From: Antedon mediterranea
Lineage: Eukaryota > Animalia > Echinodermata
Length of the DNA stretch: 64,000 nt
Reading direction: 5' to 3'
Assembly (NCBI RefSeq): GCF_964355755.1
Contig: NC_092678.1
Coordinates: 3,798,422-3,862,421, forward strand
Shown here: piece after piece, positions 1 through 13,160 of the stretch
Numbering within the stretch: position 1 is the stretch's first letter
Layout of the letters: each line of letters opens with the position of its first letter
Position numbers and translations under genes: made by a program
The notes under the pieces: generated by a model
What the model was told of the DNA's origin: nothing
What the model saw: only the letters and a program-made list of their open reading frames with translations
Databases searched by the model: none

Positions 1-849
1 AAACCATAGATTTTTAACAATAGAAACCTCTTTAACTAGAAGATAAGAAACAGAAAAGGCCACATTTACCATTTGATTGCAAACTGCCTTCGCCTATTTT
101 TTCCACATAATTTTTTTATTTGCATCCTATTCTTTTTTAGCACACGCAAAGGTAAACTGGAGAATGTCGTATCTTAGAAATCATATGCATCTTTACATTT
201 TTTCCTTGATTGAAGCCAATATTTTAAGGGTTAACTGCTACAAAATAAATTAGAACGAATGAGTCAACAAATCACGAGACAAACGATTCTGTCTGCGAAA
301 TCTACTTCGTGCAGTTTACAAACCTTTCTAATAAAACAATACATTGTCAACGATTTTTTCAGCAATCTCACGATCGAAGTTGGCAAGATTAACTAACTTC
401 TTAGATATTAAACAAGAAATCTTAAAATCTAATCAGCTATAATAAGACATTTGATTAAAAGCCAGGTGTTATGTTACGAATAATCTGATACAGGTCCTAG
501 GGGGATGACGATGACAGGTGTCATTTATGCAAATGAACCAAGGGTATTTAGAGTCACCTAATTTCGAGAACCTACGAGAATACACGCTTCTTCTGTTTTG
601 TTAAACTCTACACGTAAGGATTTATTTCAATGAAATATGTAACATTGGAGAAGTTTGTAACATTAGATCATGATACTTTGTTACTGTACATTTCACAGAA
701 ATAATGAATGCTGTAAGATGATTAGATTAAATGATTGTCGCTTTTTGAATAGTTTTCAAGTTAATATGTGTTAGTATGCATCAAGTATACAGTAGACCTT
801 ATACATGCATACAACTATTCAGATTAAAACAATTTTGCTACAAACACAA

Positions 850-975
850 ATCAGAGAAAAGAGCCTGGAGAAGGAAAATTGTCAAACCTTCGACTTTCTA
901 CATCAGCGACAACTGCAGCAGACACTGCCACGCCAACATTGGCCTTGGTAGGCCACAAACGACAGTGCAAAATTT
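850..975 (+). mobile_element. Decayed 3' end of an RTE-clade LINE ORF (C-terminal Cys/His motif)
   Basis: Reads SEKRAWRRK..PSTF(YIS)DNCSRHCHANIGL, then HKRQC after a frameshift. This resembles the CxxCxRxCxxxIGLxxHxRxC tail of many RTE LINEs. Confidence 0.5.
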
Positions 976-1002
976 GACAGTTATTTGTTATGATTGAGGA
1001 GG

Positions 1003-1187
1003 CACAACCACATATCTCATAAAAAACCATTTTAAAATACAAACCAAAGATTGACAGAGGCCTTTATAAGCACACAACCACGTATCTCATAAAACCATTT
1101 AAAAATACAAATCACAGATTGACAGAGGCCTTTATAAGGACACAACCACCTATCTCATAAAAACCATTTTAAAATACAAACCACAAA
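1003..1187. repeat. Tandem repeat, ~68 bp unit, ~2.7 copies
   Basis: cacaaccac.tatctcataaaaaccattttaaaatacaaa recurs at ~1003, ~1073 and ~1141; gattgacagaggcctttataag occurs twice. Confidence 0.85.
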
Positions 1188-3389
1188 CTCATGTGACCAT
1201 TCACAGATCCCGCACGACTCTTCCCGGCAAAATATCCCAATTACTTTTCGCATTTTGAACACATGGTGTATGATGTAAGAGTTTTTAGACTTATCTGAAG
1301 CTATTAACCTAATTAGGCAAAGCAACATCTTTACCAGGACTTATAGTATCACTTAAGTACGTCTGTAAACTTAAGATATTCTGACCAATTATGTAACAAC
1401 TTGAAACTTTGCCAAATTTTTCTAAAAATACAAATTATGAATGAAAGATCAATTGTTTTTAACACGTTTACCTTGACCTTTCAATAAGGTGTTTCAATCG
1501 TTTTTTTAATTAGTTTTTTAATAGAATTTGGGAAATGTTATTATTTTTTTGTTTTTGGGATTATATTTTTTTATTCATTTCCACGGATTTCAGATTTTTT
1601 ACTTGTGGACAACTATTACAAAACTAATTAATAAAGCATTTAGAAGATGGTATTGTCAAATAATTTGTTTCCTTGTTTTTTGGGTTATTTTTTTTATTCA
1701 TTTTAAATTCCTAAGTCTACGTCAATATGTGCAAAACAAACCATGGAACAAAGGCTAGAAATTATACTTATAAAGCTAGACATACTTATAAGGCTAGAAA
1801 TTTGAAAACTGCAGGCATATAATATTTTATTTTAAAGTAAAGAAAAACTATCAATGTATTATCAATTTCTTAATATAAACAATATAATACTACTATGGAA
1901 TAGAAACAATGATTTAATTTTGTAACTAATCACCGCACAGAATTCTTGAAACCTCTTCACAATTGAAGATAAGCGTCTAGGCACATTATTAAAAAATGAG
2001 AAATGACGCAAAACCACAGCAATGCACAACTTCCCACTTCAGGGGCAACGACAAATTAATGAATGCCCATTAGAGAGGTGTACAATCCTATTGTTTAATG
2101 CTGAATGTCTGTGTTACTACAGAAAGAAACTGTGGATTGATGTGACGGGAGAGGGTTAATAAATGGATGACTCATATTTGCAGAAAAAATGGAGAATGAA
2201 ATATAAGCTGTCTCAAATATGTTAAAATGTTGGTTAAAGATGCTCGGATGGATGCCAGAAAGAAATCTAGGGGAAGACAGATATAAATGTAGGGGAAGAA
2301 AGGGGATCCAGGGATTAACAGACAGGGATCTAGGGGCTGACAAGCAGGGATCCAGGGGCTAACATTCTATCAAGATCAATCTTCCATGGTAGAATTCTTG
2401 TTCGTCACATTGTTCGTGACTGGGAGATGTCTTAGAACTGTGAAACCATTTGTATTTTAAGGCCAACTTTGAGTATTGCTGTTTAATATAGCTGCTTAAC
2501 TTTTCCTTCACCTCCCTTTTTTAGAAAATAAAATAATCTGATAAATCTATTATTTTCTTGGTTCGACCTTAATAAGGTAGTTGAAAAATTCAAAAATATT
2601 ACTGAATTTAAAAAAAAAGTAGGTTATGAACAAGTATGATTGTTGAGATAAAAATGTTTTCATGTATCATGATCTTAAGATGTTACTAAAAAAAAAGATG
2701 ATATCTTGAGGGGTCAGATCAATTGACAGAACACCTGTTAACGAGGTTGTTGTTGCCAAAACATGGAAAACACATTGAATGATGTAGTGTTGCAAGTCAA
2801 AATTACATTCCATTGGCATAATACACTGATTGTTGGAAGAAACTTTGTCATGATGATCAAAGCACGTTTTCATGAGTGTAATGCATAAATTAATCAGTTA
2901 TCGCAGTTTGTTCAACTTTGTTGTACAGAAATATAACCATATATGGGCATAGGATGTTGAAACTATAATGTTTAGACGGATTTTGTTATTTATACAATTA
3001 TATTGGCAGTACAATCACACACACACAAATAGTAAGGAATTATAACATTGGCAATTATTTGAACTCCACACACCTTTTCTATGTGAACTATATATACTAA
3101 ATATCTACATTCAGAATGAACCATTATAACTTGATTTATTGAAATTTAATGAAAGCAGAATGTATATATCCAGAATCAAAAGAAATTCAATTACATATCT
3201 CAATGACTTTCCATCTAATTTCTGCAATGTAATCTACTGCGTCTCTTGTATTACATTTGTAAAATCTAGGTTGGACTATTATTGTAAAAAATGGCTGAAT
3301 TAATGATAATACTATAACTATCAGAGAGATGCATGCATAATAATTCAATTACAATTCTTCTAATTTAGGCCTACAACAAAGGGAGGTGA

Positions 3390-3580
3390 AATAGTGAAGC
3401 GAGAGAGATTGAATGGACATCAGAATGGTACACCAAGAGTAGCTCCACTGAAAGCAAGAGAAGAGTGGGAAGACCAAAAGAAAACTGGAGAAGAACGATG
3501 GAAAGGAACAAGTTAGGGTACGGGATATGGAAAGAAGCAACGACCGCAGCACAAGGGAAGCATGGAGAACAGGAGTGCCC
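3390..3580 (+). mobile_element. RTE-clade LINE 3' fragment
   Basis: Translation ESKRRVGRPKENWRRTMERNKLGYGIWKEATTAAQ matches the KRxxGRPKxxWRRT...WxExxxxA motif at RTE ORF C-termini. Confidence 0.65.
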
Positions 3581-4570
3581 TATCTTCATGTGTAAAAAAA
3601 ATATAAAATTAATGAAAATGAAAATCTTTCTGTTAGAAATAAATAAACTCTGTATAATAAAATATCTTATTATGGCCCTTCTTCAAATACTAGGCCTAAT
3701 TGTACTGTACATTATTTACTTTCTATTCTGTGAAATCATTGATTTCTTCAACACTGCCCTCTAGAATAAACATTTCATTTATTATTTAGACCAAAGCTGG
3801 CAGTATGTCTAGTGTACATGGTTCCCTTTAAGAAAAAGCAAGGAAATGGCAATCTTTCAGCCTCCATTGCTTCAAATCTAGTCCAACATCAAAGTTTTGT
3901 TTTTGAATTTTATTATGTAACCATGAGACATTATTTAAGGAAAAAAGCTAGATAAGTTATGGAAATAGAACTAGAGAATACAGATCTCGGCTAATTATTC
4001 CAACAATCGATAATAAATGAGTGAAACCTAGGCAAAGCATCAAATTTACATTTAAATTGTTTTTAGAAACACTTTACACATAGCCACACATAGACACTAA
4101 AAAAGTGGTAAATATTACCCGAATTGATCTTCAATTTCTGGAGAAAAAACTTTGTTTATTGTCCTAATTCTAACTTCTTTTGTATAAAAGCACAAGAAGT
4201 TCTTTGGTAGGCCTAGAATTCTGCATCCATTTCGAAAATTGAAACCAAACATTCTCATGTAGTTTATAAGTGACCTTAAAACATAACACGCACAGGAATT
4301 TTAATGGTAATTTCTATAGATATTTACATATATTTATATTTCTTTTAATCCATAACAACTTGTCAGACACTCTGTCTCGATTTGTTACAACATGTTGGAA
4401 TTTTTCATTTCTTTTTATTCATAATTTAAAATCACACATCAATACTAGAAAAATAAATTAAGTTTAATTGATTAAAGTAATCTGGTTAATACTTATTTGA
4501 CAGTGATTTAAAAATCGTTAATTTCATATTTTCGTGCATATGTAGAAACTAAAAAGTTAATCCAAACATA

Positions 4571-4742
4571 TTAGGGGGCTTTTGATTTGCGAAGACCTAC
4601 GTTAGGTCATGTTAATTCATTGTGCGCAATCTTTACTATATCTTTACTCAACACAGTTTTGGTGGTTTCAAAATCCAGTTGATAACCATTGACACATCTA
4701 TGCGTAGATCGACCCAAATCGCCCCTAAGTCTAAGCCCCTAA
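4571..4742. mobile_element. Possible short MITE
   Basis: ttagggggctt at the left end and aagcccctaa at the right form an imperfect terminal inverted repeat around a CpG-containing core. Confidence 0.3.
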
Positions 4743-7700
4743 ATATATACACATATATATGCTCTTGTAATTTGTATCAAAAATATCAAAAAGAAGATTA
4801 TGAAACACAACCCAATGTTATTCACCTACACCATCAATAATCACTGTCTTATGTATGTGTCTGAATACATTGAATATAATGAATAATAATATATTCATTC
4901 CTACGAACACAGGGCTTAAGGGGTAACTGTCTCCCTGATCTCACATGGGACTGCCAGAATGGCGTCACATGGTTTAAAGTGAATTAAGATCACTAATGGG
5001 TAACTACGAATCTAGCTTTGAAGAAATGCTCTTTCATAATTAGAATCAATCTCTACATCAGAATAACAACTTCATTTAAAATTCATTGGTTTACATATCA
5101 ACCCGTCATGCTATAACAAAATATTCACACTTTTTCGTATATACATATGTTTAGGTACGATACATGAAGATATAAAATTAAATGATGCTTACATTGGTCT
5201 ACACCAAAGATTTGTTGTTTTGCAGGCTCTAAAATTCGACAACATTCCTGGTTTTTCCTCGTGCTCCTGGCAAAAACCGGACATATATGTCAACAATTAT
5301 TAAGAAAGTTTGAGGGACATGAAATCTGAACACAAAATACCCAGAATTCAAAGAGCACAAGTTCAATTTAGCAAATGATTACAGGGTAATTAGAGTCACA
5401 TTGAAATAAATCATTCTTAAAATGAATATATTTCTACAGTACCTCCAAATTACTAGATCAATAGATAATCATCCAAGTTTCTTTAATTGCTTTCACATCG
5501 GCAAGTTTTTGCCAAAAGATAAGAAGATCATATGTATGGTAATAATTAATTAGTTCGATATTAGTTTTAGAAAATTTCTCCTACCATAATTACTACTACT
5601 AAAAAAAACTGATGACCATCATCATCAAGCGGACACATCTGAAGTTCACAATGCCATGCCATAGTTCTTTGAAAAATGGGATGAATTTAGCAAAAAACAC
5701 CTTTCTTCACTAACTTTAGATTCATCTGAGGTCTATTACAAGTGTCCAAACAAATCTGCAGTTACTACTACTTATACAAAGTGTTCTCCTATCGTTCTAC
5801 TAATCACCTTGATCAGTTTCTATATTTAGCAACAAATTAATGTTGGTGAATAGACAAGTCGATAATTCACTGTATCTTCAGGTTCATTACTGGTGTTAGT
5901 ATAAAATTTATCTACAGAATAAATTGTTTTATAATTATTTGCAGATGAAAGAGCTACTCAATTATTATGAATGTTCAAACGCTGAGGTTTAGTTTAAGAG
6001 ATCAATTAGTAAAGATGAGTGTAGATTTAAAGAAACATGACAATTTTGATTTACAAGAATGAGAAAAGGAAAAACATCAAAAAGTTTAGAGGTATAACCA
6101 TAAAGAAAAACAGGCAAGCCTAAATAGCCCCCTCTATTGGCTGATTATTGTTTTAAACTTTTTTTATTGAATGCCTAACTGACACTAAAAGCGTTCCAAC
6201 ATACCAACAAAAAAAAGTAAATTTAAAGAAAAAAAACATGTAAAAGAAATGAAGAAGAATACAAATAGAATGAATGAACAACTGAAAGGAAGCAGGAAGA
6301 AGACGAGGAAGACAAATAAGAACTTTATTCTGGACAATAACTAAAGAGGAAATGGAAAATGCTTTAGGAGGGTTATATTAAGCAGTGGATCACATAACCA
6401 GATGGTGATGTCATTGTTATAGTACAAATTACAATAGAAGTGGTTAGGTTTTGCTCAACTGAACTGGCTGATTTTCGCTGATCTTACAAAGTAACTAGAA
6501 AAGATGCCCAAGGTGTTACGCTTGCAACAGGACTTGATACACTCTCATATGTGAATAAAAAAACATGTTTGTTACCTACCTATATGTTAACTATCTTCAC
6601 CTTTCTAAAAGCATAAAAACTTCATAGATAGAAAAATAAAATGGGAATAACAACATTTTAAGTAAAGATAGCAAATAATTTATTTGCTGAAGAATTGTCA
6701 CAACAGTGTGTTAATGATGTCTTACAGTATCCATGTTTCGATAGTTGCTACCACCCATCTGTTAATATAATATCATACTGACCGGGCCTGTAATTAAAGC
6801 TGTCGTGTGCGTGTTTGGTCAGAATTTGACAACAGCGGGGTGGTAGCTTCAGGCTACAAACTTAGCCCAGGTGCAAGACGCGTTATGAACCTATATCCTG
6901 ATGTGAGCATGACAAGGATATTGAGTAAACCAAATAATCATAACAAGTTTGACATCAAAGACAAATAAGCAAGTACTTCAGTGTAGTTCACAAAGTTGAC
7001 TTTGAAGATTAACTGAAAATTAACAATTAATGTTTCACTGAAATGATGCTAATTCAATAATAAATGCTACAAAGCATAGATGAAATTGCTCCAATAACAT
7101 TATGGAATATTATTTAACAAAGGTAGAGAGTTATGGAGTTAAGTACGCAGCTAAAAACTTAGAAAAAGGTCGGCAAACATACCTCACAGAATAATATAAA
7201 ACATAATTTTTTGATGAGGTTCGACAAAGTCATGATAAAGCAAACTTAAGTGTGCAACAACAAAGAAACAGTTGTGTTGTGTATTACATGGAAACAGGTC
7301 GCCCAACAGGCATCTACCTGGTTAAATAAAAACATAGAGTGCAGAGTGGAATTTTAAAAGCTTTAGGTAACATTAAGTAGTTGTACTCAACTGAATTCTT
7401 TAAGCTATCAATTTAAACAGCTTCTGGCGAGGGGTAGGCCTAATAATTGTAATATAAACAAACACAAACAATTGTAACAACAAATAAACGTTCGTTATTT
7501 CTCTTAAAAACATCCGAGGGTGGTTACTATGAGAAAACTATCAGGGAATATTTATTTAGTGGACAAGAAAACAAAGCATGCTAAATCAAACTTTCTCTTA
7601 TTCTCTAAAAGTACCGGTGGAATTGGATAAAATAGAATGAAATAATCACATACAGTCATTAAAAAATATAAAGATTCTTTACACTATTTTATTTTCAATA

Positions 7701-8005
7701 GAGTACAAGCAGCTTTCATTATGCGATGACTAAGAAATCTTTTAGAAGGCTTAAAGTAAAATGATTAAAAAATTGATTATGCACATAATAGTGGAAGGTT
7801 TGGTAGATTAAAAACACATAACCTGAGCTTAGCAATAATCCTAGCACTTATGATTCTATTGAAATAATTACACATAGTTAATTTACTTCATGATTGATGC
7901 AAATTGCACTGTCAGCAGTCAATAAATTGAAGTCATTATGGAATGCGATATATACAATTTATGAGAATGGACACTTAAGTCATGCCCAAGTTGATAAGTG
8001 TTTGG

Positions 8006-8277
8006 TGTGAAAATGTACAGCGAATGTCCACACTAGGTACTGACCTGGGTACTGACTTAGTGTGATGTACAGAGAACGTTCACACTAGGTTCTGACTTAG
8101 TGGGATGTACAGAGAACGTCCACACTAGGTACTGACTTAGTGTGATGTATAGGGAATGTCCACACTAGGTACTGGCTTAGTGTGATATACAGAGAATGTC
8201 CACACTAGGTACTGACTTATTGCAATGTACAGAGAATGTCCACACTAGGTACCGACTTAGTGCGATGCACTGAGAAC
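8006..8277. repeat. 40-bp minisatellite, ~6.5 copies
   Basis: Unit tgtgatgtacagagaatgtccacactaggtactgacttag starts at 8061, 8101, 8141, 8181, 8221 and 8261, with a partial copy before. Confidence 0.95.
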
Positions 8278-11200
8278 AACTGGTAAATACTCAGTGCTGC
8301 TTCTTCAAAAAAATTATCGATAGAAAGACTATTTTTTAACACATCGTTTCCAAATAATACGTTTATTAGAAAGTTTGAATAAGTAGAAAAAACCAATCAA
8401 TGTAAAGAAGTGTCAATGTCATTACAAGCATGATCATTACCATTAGCAAAACTAATACAAGAAACTTGACAACAAACACTACCATTTTATCTTAATATCT
8501 CATAACAAATCTCAACTGTAAACTCTGAATTCACAAATCTCATATAATAAAGTTTACATAATAATTTCAGCCAATTAACAGATGGGGTATGCAATCTAGA
8601 TTCAACAGCTCTCTGCATGCAATAACAACACTGCCCCCAAGGACCCACAAATCGATTATAAATATCATGCATTAGAACATAATATACGATGGTGTATGCT
8701 AAAAACCGAGCTCTCGGGGAAACAATCTTGCGTATTAGAAACATATGATCCCCAAATGTGCATACTCTGTTCGAATAACGTACGTCAAATCAAGCGTGAC
8801 AATCCAATACATAAATATAGACTCTAGTTCAGATTTGCAGGTTGTCAAATTCTGAAAACGCAATACTTTTCATGGTAAACATGATTGCTTAACAATCATT
8901 CATAGAGTTCGCGGGTTAAATATTGAAGCTGTTAAAAGGTATCACACATCCTGTAAATAGTGATATTGCTATGTAATTGAAATTAAACCTAAATTATTCA
9001 TATTTCACTAGCATATTGGCAAAAGTTCATCTATGAAAATGTCTTGATCATACCACTTTTGTTTACCCATGATATGAAAGCAGATAGTCTGTGACTAATA
9101 GGCATCTTCACACATCCACAATAAGTAACAACTTATATAAATGCAATGTAACAACTTGTATAACGCAATGTAACCGCTTGTATTGTAAGAATACTCTCAA
9201 GATATTTTCTGCAAGATTAGTGTCTTCAACAACAAACCGTATCATTAACAACCAAATTTATTTGTCAAAATTCGATTCAATATGCTAATAATGATTACAA
9301 AATTTATTCTATGGTCTAAATCTCCAGATTAAAAAAGTGGGCATTTTTAAGCTATTAGTAACTTTATATAATAGTTTTATTAATTGACTGAACAAATAAA
9401 TGAATATCTACTAAAAGTTGAATGAGAATTTTGTAAAAACTGTTACATCATAATTTTCACGAAAAAACTAAGAAATCGAAACATAAAAATGATGATGTGC
9501 GGCACAAGAAAAAATACCGTAAAGATATCTAGGGACGTGTAAAATAATTTCTAATAACTTTACACAAACTAACCATGCGAATAAAAGGCAACCATAATGA
9601 ACTCATCAATGTAGTATCACGGTAAATTAACAGTGTCTAAAGTAATAAGTATTATTATAAATGATTGTACTATTTCTAAAGGTCAGCAAAGAAAGAAACA
9701 AATATTAACTACCGGATTATGCTATAAAAAATTGATAATTATTATACATTGATTATTTTGTTCATCACAAAGGAAAACAAGATTAGAATTTTTTTATTTG
9801 AATATTGTAAAGAAACTAGGTTATTTGCTACTTCTCGTAAAACTGTCCTCTTTCAATTGAATTTTAAATTTCCTCGTTACTGTTAATGAAAGTAAGGAAG
9901 GGTCTCTGGATCGTTCTATTTATCACATGCACATGCTCAGACATGCTTTAATATTCGTACAAAAATATTAAAGAATGAATACCAACGTGTACAAAAAAAA
10001 AAAGAAGAAAGTATAATAAACCACAACTGAACTGAAGAAAATGAAGGATGACGATTCAAACGTCACTAAACTGGTCTACATTTTAAGAAACTGTCTGAAT
10101 ACTATTTAGACACAAATGACAAATGCATTAACACCTACGAACGACAATACTTGTACTGACTGTCACCGCAAATGTTTAGTTTGTGCTTTGCCATTGTGGG
10201 CGGCCCAATGCGGTCGTTACCGCTTAGGTTCCAAAGCATGGTTGAATTTCGTGAGTTGCCACCGAAATCTAAAGTCAATATTTGTCTATTGTATATACAC
10301 ATACAGCATTCCACCAGTTATAAGTTATTCTAAATTGATTACATCAAATTTGTGTTGATTGAACATGTGTCGTTAAAAATTCTCTGGAGCAGGTGCATCC
10401 AATCCAGGTGCTACTTATCGGATATCACCTTATCTGCAAGTTTAATAATGAAATTAGTCGATAGATAAACAATTAATCTAACCTAACTAATCTAACAGTA
10501 GCAGTAATGACCTTATCTAATATATCTATATAAACACAGCTTGCTCTAACACAACTTTAATATCTGTACAAATCCTGCTTGGTTAATGTATCATGAAGTG
10601 TATACAAACACATTGATGAATCGAAAGGGGGAACCGACCACAGGTTCCCCACTAGGCTCGACTTCACCAACCTCCCTAGATTTTGAAAAATACAATACAA
10701 TGTTAAATGCATTAACACATTTTGAGAAGCAAAAAACTATGAGAAAAAAATAATAAATTACCATGGGTAATTATCAAGTGGAACAGGTGACAAAACATTG
10801 CTTACTTTCTTTTTACAGAGCAATCTAAATTATATTTTAATCTTTTCTTTACCAGTGGGACAAAAATCCCAATAAGTTTTATGTGGGCTGCAAGTAAACA
10901 CTAGGGTACTGTAAAAAGAACATTTATTCTTTTATTTTACTATCATTCTTCTACATCTGTGGAAAAATGGAGAATATACACACAGGCTTTTTAAGTACTA
11001 CTTTATCAGCTGTTTAAACGACAAGTACTTTCGTTTTTATGTATTTGAACTTGAAAAACATACTACTATGGGATTGGACATAATTTTTATTACCAATGTT
11101 TGCAATATGTGGGCTTTTTCACAAGAGAGATATCTAAACAAATGTACAAAACACTTTCATTTTGAACATCTTTAATTGTTTTTCAAGTCTCTTCTATTTA

Positions 11201-13094
11201 TGGAATGAGAAATAAGGTAGATAGAAATGTGCGACTGACTGCGTGGGTTATTTCACATGGGAGAAACATTGGATGAGTAGACTTTCATTTTTTTGGTACA
11301 TTTTAATTTGAATTGCTTTATCTTGAGTATGAGAATGTTTCATCTATCAATCGGCATACTCTATGGGATATTTCACATTAGAAATACTGGGTCATCTTAA
11401 GAAAAATAAATTTCACATGAGATGCCTGAAGCAACTAAAGCCAACATTGCTCAACATAATTATAAAGCCGTTTAAATGTTCCCAGTACTTCTCCCATCAC
11501 TACGTTTCCAATACAATAAATTCTGGTCTCACTTTTTAATAGTAACAGGTGATTGATGAATTAAATTGTGGAATAGAAAGGGGACCTTTCTATCTTTGTC
11601 CAATTTGTTTTTTATCTTCAATCACGTTTTCATTGTATTTATATATCCCGATGCGGATTATCCAGTTGCCTCGACTTAGGCTTGAGTTCCAGGAGCAAGG
11701 ATCAGGCTTACTAATTACTTACTGATAAACACCCTCAAGCAATGACATCTGGTATATATCTACAATATTATATAATCCTCTTATTTCTTTCATTGAGCAT
11801 AAGAAATCATGCATTATTAACAAAGCTAATCATTAGCGTGGATTGTCAAAGTCAAAATTAATAATTGTGACAATCCCTGCCTCAATTAGCTTTTGACTTT
11901 GTTATTAATGTTATTCAATTCAATTCAATTCATTTATTTTCCAGAAGACATATACTACATATAATACAATCAAAAATAAAAACACAAGAAAACTAACATT
12001 AGTCTGGCGGATTGTAGAAAAGTGACAAAGTCGTGTTATGAAGCTCAAAAAAACATGATTGAATCATAGAGTTATAAATTGATTTATTAGAGGGTAAATA
12101 TTTGTCACATATTGTTCACCTAGTCTAAAGATTTTCCTCACAAGTCACAAGTCAAACTTTTATCTCCCACAATATGCAAATTACATCGTCCTGACACCAA
12201 ACAAAGTCTTCACCAATTGTGTTAAGGCAACTAAATAATGTATTTTTTAAGACATCTATAAAAATCTTAATACCTGTCATAAAATACTGAGTTATTCTCA
12301 TTTAAGAGCTTTGAAAATGTCTTTTCCTCATCCAACTAAAACAAATGACAAATGTAAGAAAATACATAACAATGTAGAAAATATATCTCTTTATACTGCC
12401 AATAGCAATAAATAAAACAGTCAGTTTTGTAATAAGAGGATCAAATTGCAAATTTCATATCCTTTTTAACATACATGAAGAATATTTCGCACTATACTCA
12501 AAGTAATAAGATTTTACAAATTTTCTCAAAGTATGTTGAAAATAGATACACCAGTCTCTTTCCTGTGGAATCTTCATCAACAGATAAGATAAACAATGTG
12601 GGGGTGTATGTTGGACTAAGCCTCTTTGCCCTCGATGTCTAACAGTTGTTAGAGTAACCGGCAAGGGACAAAATACCAGGAAGAACCATAGACGACTGGT
12701 TATGAAGCCAAAAAAATTGATTGATGTTTTTTGACTAATTATGTAATTAAAAGGACAAGATTTCCCTCTGGTATAAAGTACATAAAATCAAAATTACTAG
12801 GTACTTTGAATATGTTGTAGATAAGAAGACTAAAAGACCAAGTTGCATGATGTATAATAGTTTGGAAGTTAAATTATTAGTATCATATTTAAAGAAAACT
12901 TATTGAAAATAACAATGCAGTGGCTATCTGAAAAAAGGTAAAAATCAAAACAATAAAGTAAAAAGAAAAAGAGGAGAAAGAAAATTTGTTAATATTCAAT
13001 ATGTTTCAAAATCGCAAAGAAGATTTGGAACAACTTTGACATGATTTTAAAAAAACCTGTCGTATGATTGATTGGATGTCAAAGGAGTAGTGCT

Positions 13095-13160
13095 GAAAAT
13101 GAAGATTTGAACCCTGTAATTTGAGATTTGTAAGGATACATTTTAACTACCGAGCCAAGC
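13095..13160 (-). mobile_element. Degenerate tRNA-derived SINE head
   Basis: Minus strand has A-box-like TGGCTCGGTAGTTAA and B-box-like GGTTCAAATC at tRNA-like spacing, but no intact cloverleaf. Confidence 0.3.

Noticed and set aside
8006-8277. CRISPR-like regular repeats (also the 86-bp array)
   Set aside because: Units are contiguous with no unique spacers, there are no cas genes, and the context is eukaryotic.
11647-11710. gcttgagttccaggag resembling 7SL/Alu
   Set aside because: The match is only ~15 nt and there is no surrounding SRP RNA structure.
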